A DNA stretch of 64,000 nt from Octopus vulgaris (taxonomy: Eukaryota). The notes under the pieces were generated by a model. It ran no database searches. It was given only the letters and a program-made list of their open reading frames with translations, and was not told the origin of the DNA. A program made the translations under genes and the position numbers. Below are positions 55,863 to 64,000 of this stretch, piece after piece (the first letter of the stretch is position 1; each line of letters begins with the position of its first letter). The stretch spans positions 76,942,001 through 77,006,000 of the forward strand of contig OX597822.1 in the NCBI GenBank assembly GCA_951406725.2, read 5' to 3'.

Positions 55863-55908
55863 AACACAACGTTTCGGCTGATATACCCTCCAGCCTTCAT
55901 CAGGTGTC
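55863..55908 (-). ncRNA. Minimal type I hammerhead ribozyme motif
   Basis: Minus strand reads GACAC-CUGAUGA-A-GGCUG-GAGGGUAUAU-CAGCC-GAA-ACGU-U-GUGUU: stem I GACAC/GUGUU, core CUGAUGA, stem II GGCUG/CAGCC, GAAA, palindromic ACGU stem III, GUU cleavage triplet. Confidence 0.75.
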
Positions 55909-56173
55909 TTGGGGAAATTTCGAACCTGGGTTCTCATTCCTAAGATACTTTTCCATATTATAATTATAATTATTATTATTATTATTATTATTCAGGTCAC
56001 TGCCTGGAATGGATCTCAGAATCTTGAAGTTAGTAGCATGTGTTTTCAACCATTACGCCATATGCCTGTGGGCACCTGATGAAGGCTAGAGAGTATATCA
56101 GCCAAAACATTATGTTAACAACAAACAAGATGAGGACAAATATCCATCAAATGTAAATAATATAAAAAAATGT

Positions 56174-57410
56174 ACCAAAGGCCTTTGATAAAGTCGATCA
56201 TGGAATGATATGTCACAAACTGCGTGATCTTGGCATAGATGGAAAATTGGGAGAATGGCTTCATGACTTTCTGAAGGATAGAAGTCAGGTGGTATTAACA
56301 CACAAATAGTGAGTGGTGTTCCGCAAGGCACTGTTCTGGGACCACTACTGTTCATAATGGCCCTCTCAGACATGCCCTCAGCCACGCAGAGAGCCATGAT
56401 CACAAGTTATGCAGATGATACAAAAGTTTCACAGGCAATACAGAACCCCGAAGACACTAAGCACCTGCAATGTGAGCTGGACAAAATATACAAGTGGGCT
56501 GAAAAGAATAGCATGCAGTTCAATGCTGAAAAGTTTCAAGCTTTATACTATCAGCATGCAAAACTAAATGCAATACCCAATAAATATACTGGACCTGGAG
56601 GGATTGCAATCCCAGAGGCACAATCAGTGCGAGACCTGGGTATTTACATAAGTGATGATGCAACCTTTCATGTGCATGTTGCTAAATTGGCAATGAAATG
56701 TAGGTGGCTGACCAGATGGATTCTTAGAACCTTTAGAACAAGAGACCAGGAAACCATAATGGTCCTCTGGAGGACACTTGTCCTAAGCCACTTTGACTAT
56801 TGCTCTCAGCTATGGTCACCATCCAGTGTCAAGTTAATCACAGAACTTGAGGCGATCTAACGAAGCTACACGAAGAAGATGGCCTCTGTGCAGCATATAA
56901 GCTATTGGGAAAGACTCAAGAGATTGAGACTCTATTCCTTAGAGCATAGGCGAGAAAGATATGCCATAATATACATCTGGAAGATCCTAGAAGGACTTGT
57001 TCCAAACTTTGGCAGCTACACAAATGCCAGAACTGGGCGCCACTGCATAGTGCCAATGACTCCAAATTTGCCATCAAGATGTAGGACAAGATACTGTGAT
57101 AGCCTGGGCTTCCGAGGCCCACAGCTCTTCAATATCCTCCCGAAGAACCTAAGAGACCTGCATGGGGTGGATGCAGATGTCTTTAAAATGAAACTGGATC
57201 TCTTCTTGTCAGGTGTCCCAGATGAACCAACTTCACGGCAGGAGGTGCAGATGAGGGTAGCTGCATCGAACTCTCTCATGCACCAGATGGCATTTGCTAA
57301 AAAGCATTCGTGAAGTAAAATCATGTAGCAACACCAAATGGTAGTGCCCCAGCATGGCCACAGCTTGTGAGCTGAAACTAAATAAAATAAAATAAAAATA
57401 AAATAAATAA
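56174..57410 (+). mobile_element. 5'-truncated CR1/L2-group LINE, degenerate reverse transcriptase
   Basis: KAFDKVDHG, GVPQGTVLGPLLF and YADDTK RT motifs; frameshift near 56300; premature TAA at 56858-56860; ORF end 57313; 3' stem-loop and (TAAAA)n tail. Confidence 0.92.
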
Positions 57411-59446
57411 TTCCCCATCTCTTAAATATAGAACTCTATTATGTAAAGTCACTGTTTTGGATCACTGCTTACAGTGCATATAACAATCTATAATCACCCA
57501 TTGCTATTTTCTTAATTATTGAGAAAACCTTTTCAACTCAGTAACATACAAATGGGGTCAATTACTAAGGGCACTAAAATTTAGTCCTTACACAATTTCT
57601 GATTTGATGACATAAGTATTTCATGCACACATGCACTCACAACAATCTTCTAGTTTCTGCCTTCCAAAGCTCTGGTCAGCCTGAGGTTGTTATAGAAGAC
57701 ATTTACCCAAGGTGTCACACGGTGGGGTTGGAAGTGATCTTTTTACCCATGGGATCTAATTAAAATCACCAAATTTCAGCCATGTATCAAGCAAGGAAAG
57801 TCACTCCAAAAACAGAAGACGATGCAAATATATTTACATGAAACATAAAAGTTACAGAATACTCAAGAGAGAATGCAGATACTTTTATCTCGACAACTGT
57901 TTCTGGAAGCTCAGAATTATATCATGATCGTAATGCTGATAATTAGCAGATGGAATGTACAAAAGGTTATGGGTATGCAACCAGTAAGAAGAAATTGGCA
58001 AAAGCAGTTCACAGAGGGAGAAAGAGAGTAAAAGACAGGGATGGGGGGGGGAGTAAGTGGCTTAGAGAAGAGGAATAGAGAGGTTCTGGATCATCTCTTC
58101 TACCTCTATTCACTCTCCCTCCTTCTCTTGAACTTGTGTTTCATGTTCTACATCTCCACTCTGCTTTTATTTCTTATTTCTTTATTACCCACAAAGGGCT
58201 ACTCACAGAGGGAACAAACAAGAACAGACAAATGGATTAAGTCAATTATATCGACCTCAGTGCGTAACTGGTACTTATTTAATCAATCCTGAAAGGATGA
58301 AAGGCAAAGTCGGCCTCGACGGAATTTGATCTCAGAACGTAGCAGCAGATGAAATACCGCAAAGCATTTTCGCCCAGCATGCTAACGTTTCTGCCACCTC
58401 ACCAATGTGATTTTATTTCTGTAAGCACCAAGTATAAATTCCAGTGGGGCTGGCTTTTGCTTTGTGTCCATTAGGGATTTATAAAGTGAATATTTGTCAG
58501 TCACTGACGATGATACAAATAACTACCTTCCCTATATATTTGTAGTTTTATGTCAACATGAGACATTACAACCCTGTGGCTGACCAATGACTTGCAAAAG
58601 AATTTGGTCAATGGAAACTGTATGGAAACCTGCTGCATATGTGTGCTTGTGTTGGTTTGTTTACATCTCCATAACTTAGCAGTTCAAGAAAATTGGCTAA
58701 TAGAATAAGTACTAGACTTAAAGCATATTGTAGGACGAATTTGTTCAATCTGATCTTTCAAAGGCAAAGCCCCAGTATGGCCACAGCCTAATGACTGAGA
58801 CAGATAAATACTTATTCTCATTGGTTGTGATGGAAACTGGGATTTGTAGCATTCCTCCATTTGCATCTCCCTCCCAGAATATTCTTCTGCAGTCTCCATT
58901 TTTACTTCTGTATGGGACTATCTCTCAAACACTCCCATCTCTCCAACCTTCGCACACTCTCCCATCTCTCCAACACTCACTCAGACACTGCCTTCTCTCC
59001 AAACCTCAAACTCCCCTCTTCATTGTACAATGCTACCCATGTAATGAGGAATATCATCGCATCTGTCCACATTCAATCCTTGCCAACCATTATTTGGACC
59101 ACTACTTCTCTCTTCCTTTTCACGAAGCCTGCATGACAAAGAACCATGCTATCACTTTTAGGTAACACAATGAAAAGGTAGGGCTCAGTGGCCTGGATGC
59201 TGATTTGATGCAGCTGACAGGATATTCAGCCTCTTTTTGTGACAGAACACTGGCGCTGGAGGCAAAAATATGCAAATGCGGAGGTAGACCCACAGAATTA
59301 GGAATGCTGAGGGAAATGTGCCTTCCTCAAGAAAAGATGTGCTCCCGTCTAAATAATATTATGCCCTTTTCTCCTGGAATTGGATTCCCTTTTGACCTTG
59401 TGTCCTCCCTTTGAAAAATTCCTGGAACCATGCCTGCAGATTTGCA

Positions 59447-59489
<43 letters not shown>

Positions 59490-61162
59490 ATGAGTGTGCA
59501 TGTGTATATGTGTGTTGCTTAGTGGAATGGGTTGTGGAGGTGCAATGGCCCAGTGGATAGGGCAGCAGTCTCGCAGTCATAGGATCATGGTTTCAGTTCC
59601 CAGACCAGGCATTGTGAGTGTTTATTGAGCAAAAACACCTAAAGCTCCATGAGGCTCCAGCAGGGTGTGGTGGTGAACCCTGCTGTGCCCTTTCATCACA
59701 ACTTTCTCTCACTCTTTCTTCCTGTTTCTGTTGTACCTGTATTTCAAAAGCCCAGCCTTGTCACACTGAATCTCCCCAAGAACTACGTTAAGTGTATACA
59801 TGTCTGTGGAATGCTCAGCCACTTGCACGTTAATTTCATGAGCAGGCTGTTCCATTGATCAGATCAGCTGGAACCCTCGTTTTCGTAACCAACAGAGTGA
59901 TACAGAGTGGAATGGGTATTCTTGAGCAAGACACTTTATTTCACTTTGCTCCAGTCCACTCAGCTGGCAAAAATGAGTTGTACCTGTAATTACAAACGGG
60001 GGCCCAGCCTTGTCACACTGATTCTCCCAGAGAACTATGTTAAGGTACATATGTCTGTGGAGTACCCAGCCACTTGCACAATTTTATAAGCTGTTCCATT
60101 GATCGGATCAGCCAAAACCCCTGTCATTGTAACTGATGGAGTGCCAATGTGTATGTGGACAGAGATATTACACATACATACACACCAGGGATGTGCCGCC
60201 TAAGTAGGCAAGGTAAGCAGTGCCTACCTTGAATAAAATAGATTGATAGCAACATTTTCTTTTTATGCATCTAATTCAATAAAATTATGAAGGTTACTCT
60301 GATTACTTGGCATAAAATACAAACTATTTCATTTTTTTGTAGATTAGGTAGGCATAATTCGCCCCTGCCTTTCAATCTCAGTATTTAATCTACACATAGT
60401 ACTGCTGTAGAATACATGTTGCATACACTCCTACAACAATGTTTTCTTTACGTGCTGTAAAGGCAGAAGCAAATCTGCCTTCAACTCAGTCACTTGTATG
60501 TGTTTCACTACGTAAATGTCACCAGCTGCCTACCCTGAGTAATTACTGATGGTATGTGCCCAATACAAACATAACTTGCTGTTCACAGAGGGACAGAGAG
60601 AAACATAAAATGTCTAATGTCAAATCAACAATGGCTTTACTAAAACATCTACCACCTAGGTAATGGCTTATCTCCCTTCCTCTCCACCAGGTCACTTATC
60701 AACATCAATCACTCTCCATTAACACTGATTATCCCTACAACTACCCATCACCTACTTTCTCTTTTACCACCAAACATCACCCTTCTGTACTACTAGCCAT
60801 TACTCACTCCCTCAGGTTACACATTACTGACATAAATCACTCTCTCACTATTACTGACTGCCACTACTGCTTCTCTTTCATTACCCTCTCTTCTGCCACC
60901 CTCTTACCTTCCAGTCTATTTCCTCTGTCATATATTTGCCTTCACCCACTTGTTCATCTTCTGTCACCACCCGCTCCTCAGTCTACCCTCTTCATCAAAC
61001 TGCATTGAATGAATGGAAACAGCGCAGCATATTAAGGGTTCCTTCTTTCCATCTTGCAATGAACAAGGCAACCTCGCCATGCTGGTGTCACAACAGAATG
61101 CTCCCACTACACTTTGTAGGGTACGTGGTTCAACCAGCAAAGAGCCACGGAATCAAGATGGT

Positions 61163-61559
61163 TACTCTTTTACTTGTTTCAGTCATTTGACTGTGGCCAT
61201 GCTGGAGCACCACGTTTAGTCAAGCACATCGACCCCAGGACTTATTCTTTGTAAGCCTAGTACTTATTCTATCGGTTTTTTTTGCCGAACCGCTAAGTTA
61301 CAGGGACGTAAACACACCAGCATCGGTTATCAAGTGATGTTGGGGGGACAAACACGGACATACAAACACACACACACATATATATAGATATATACATATG
61401 ACAGGCTTCTTTCAGTTTCCATGTACCAAATCTACTCACAAGGTTTTGGTCGGCCCGAGGCTATAGTAGAAGACACTTGCCCAAGGTGTCACACAGTGGG
61501 ACTGAACCCGGAACCATGTGGTTGGTAAGCAAGCTATTTACCACACAGCCGCTCTTGCG
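61163..61559 (-). mobile_element. SINE family A copy
   Basis: Full-length reverse-complement match. Confidence 0.88.
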
Positions 61560-62119
61560 TTGTTTTTAATATTGTCAAAAACCTGGCAACCTCTACTGTT
61601 GGATCTATTTACAGAGTGCACCCTGTACAACTTGTAAAGAAGCTGGTGTTACGAAGGGCATCTAACTAAGAAACCATATGAAAAATAGAACATATGAGCA
61701 GAACATGGCCCTCTAAATTATCTAGGTGAGCAGAATTCAGGACATGAAAATCTGATGTAAAATGATGAATAGGATGCATACATACACATTCATCAATTTG
61801 GAATAATAAACGTTGAGTAAAACCACACACATGCATCTTTTAACATAAAAAAAAAGAGAGAGAGAGAAAGTGTATGTGTGTGCATGTGCGTGTTCCTGTG
61901 CGAAATGTGAAGCTCTCATTCTTCCATTTTAAAGCGTGTTACTTCACAGTCAGTTCTCTATGGGAAAAAAAATTGTCATGTGTCTACAGTAGAAATGTTT
62001 ATAAGCCAACACTGATTTTCTTTTTTATGTTTAGTAGCATTGATGATGTTATATCCAGGCAAAATTTCTTTCCACTCTCTACATTCAAAGTTCAAATCCA
62101 CCCAAGGTCAACTTCATCA

Positions 62120-62768
62120 GCATACCTACACAAATGTGTCCCTCCCCCGCCACTGACTTTGTTTCCTCATAATTTCCAGAAAAAGATTTTTTAAATAAAA
62201 TTTTCTACAAATATGCTTCAGATGGTGTACAATCCAATTATATCAGAATTTGAGATGAAAAATGTTTTCCGAGCGAGGAATTTCTGAAAATTTACACAAG
62301 TTACTTTTGTTTCTTCATAACTTCCAGAAAAATTCATGAATTTTTATGAAATTTGCAAAAAATATTTTTCAGAGTGTGTAGATTGCGATTATAATGGAAT
62401 TTAATATAAAAAATAGAAATCGGTGAGCTCAAAAAAACTGAAATTGCAAAAAAAATCGTGGTGCGTGTCAGTATGTATGTGTATGAATCCACCAATTTCA
62501 AATTAAATTTTGATATAATTGTAATTTAGACACTCTGAAAGCGTATTTGGAGAAAATTTCATTAGAAAATACTTACGAGGAAATAAAGCCGATTTGTGTG
62601 AATTTTCTGAAACTTCTCACCCACCATCGGAAAAACGGAAATAAATGTTCCCCTAGGTTCCTATATAATCGTAATTTGCAATCATATAATCATAATAGAA
62701 ATACTGATTTTTCTGAAAGGCATGAGGAAACAAAGTCGGGAGGCGGATGCACTTTTGTGTAGGTATGC
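62120..62768. mobile_element. TIR DNA-transposon derivative nested in a family B SINE, upstream of the MCCC2-like gene
   Basis: gcatacctacacaaa..gactttgtttcctcat / atgaggaaacaaagtc..tttgtgtaggtatgc TIRs (~50 bp); internal direct and inverted subrepeats; SINE sequence resumes after 62768. Confidence 0.7.
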
Positions 62769-63032
62769 CACTTCGCCTTTCATTCTTTTGTGGTCAAAAA
62801 CATAAAGTAGAAGTACCAGGGTAAATACAATTGACTAATGCCCTCCCTGACCCAAATCTAAAGCCTTGTCACCTTTACAGAAACAACTGTGGCTGTTTAT
62901 TTATTTATTTATCTCGCCAATTAAGACTGCAGTCAGGTTTTATCTGTAGACTTACAAAAAGAATTCACTAGATTTATCTCCCTTTTCAAGCAGAAAACCA
63001 TTCATAAACCACTTGGATAATAATTAAGTATT

Positions 63033-63528
63033 ATGAAAGCTTTTCCGTCGTTCTCATTTTTAAAACACCATCAAATCAATCGATGCATTTTACAATTTCA
63101 AACGAATCACGAATTTCTATCTGTCAGTCGCCAGCATTTACTTTCTAAACGATCGGTTAACACTACCTCTAGTTTTAAAAATAATATAACATGCCAACAG
63201 CCAGATGCCGATGTAACGAGCAGAGGATCAAAGTCCCGAGTATTTCCACGCCTTCAAAACGTTACTATAGATCGTAGCCAGGATGTCTTCCAGAAGAACC
63301 GAAAACAGGCGGAACGTTTGGCCAGCGAATATAAACATTTGCTCAACGAGTCTCTGGCTGGTGGTGGAAGCCGCTCTGTCGAGAGACACACCAAATTTCA
63401 CAGGAAACTTTTGGCCAGAGAAAGAGTTAAACAAGTCCTCGATGACGATTCCTCCTTCTTTGAATTATTGCAGATAGCTGGGATGGGAATGGAATATGGA
63501 AGTATACCCCAAGCTGGAATTTTATCAG
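63033..63528 (+). CDS. First coding exon of a mitochondrial biotin-dependent carboxylase beta (carboxyltransferase) subunit, methylcrotonoyl-CoA carboxylase beta-like
   Basis: ATG 63033. The N-terminus is basic/hydroxylated and nearly acid-free (presequence-like), followed by AGGG..VERH...KLLARERV..VLD...FFEL...AG......P.AGILSG typical of MCCC2-family N-termini. Likely donor TCAG|gtgaaa (phase 1). No further exon seen before the window end. Confidence 0.8.
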
Positions 63529-64000
63529 GTGAAATAAACCGAATTTCTTCTTTTTGTTTTATATTTTCGTAAATGTGCAAGGACGTGTGTCATCTTTGTT
63601 ACTCTGTGTAGGTCAATTCTGGTTAAGCAGACATGTGATCAACGATCGGTGTTTTGGAATAGCTACATGACCATTGTAATGATTTTTTCCAGATGTAATT
63701 ATGTCGAGAATTACACGCATCAGTGTCCAGTGTCCATTCTATTTAAAAGGGCAGAATGAGATTTAAGCGAGATTTGACTGCTATTTCTAGCACATCAAGC
63801 AACAGTGAGGAGGTTCCCCCGTAGACTTTCTTGCTGCATGTTATTGCTATTTAAGCTCTATGTTAGTCTTTGTCAAATAGACTTACGGTCACATGCATCA
63901 TTGCTTTCGATCAGCAAGTTCACTCAGCAATTACGACCCTGCAGTGCAGCACCTTCAACAAGTACCATAATTGCTTTGTAAATAGAATTTGGTAGTCGGA

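Larger units (their letters stand above)
55774..57446 (-). mobile_element. Inverted-arm retroelement (tRNA-like head plus Penelope-type hammerhead tail), right arm interrupted by the LINE
   Basis: Left arm 55774-55908 is the reverse complement of 56071-~56165 plus 57407-57446. The interior has an (ATT)n spacer and a degenerate tRNA-like segment. Related fragments at 13050-13200, 42795-42985 and 55635-55685. Confidence 0.75.

Noticed and set aside
63529-63572. C-terminal EINRISSFCFIFS of the 179-aa ORF
   Set aside because: Read-through into the intron after the probable donor at 63529; family similarity stops at GILSG.

Overview
Eukaryotic, AT-rich, microsatellite- and SINE-dense genomic DNA. 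The repeat families and composition suggest an octopus/coleoid cephalopod (inference). Almost all supplied ORFs are microsatellite or SINE artefacts. Real coding content: (1) the last six coding exons (+ strand, 8400-48396) of a pikachurin/EGFLAM-like gene (LamG-EGF-LamG C-terminus), with consistent GT-AG phases, a ~22 kb intron and a probable ~5 kb 3'UTR ending at a poly(A) site near 53460; (2) the first exon of a mitochondrial MCCC2-like carboxyltransferase gene at 63033-63528. The rest is SINEs, CR1/L2-group and RTE LINE fragments, MITEs, a Helitron, a Helentron-like element, a solo LTR, minisatellites and long palindromes. Best leads: a tRNA-headed retroelement carrying an intact minimal hammerhead ribozyme in inverted arms; a LINE/SINE shared 3' stem-loop with compensatory changes; a 107-bp intronic hairpin whose mismatches are all G-U; a phased TGTAAT array before the poly(A) signal; and a possible nested antisense signal-peptide exon. 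All calls are from reading the sequence by eye; no searches were run.
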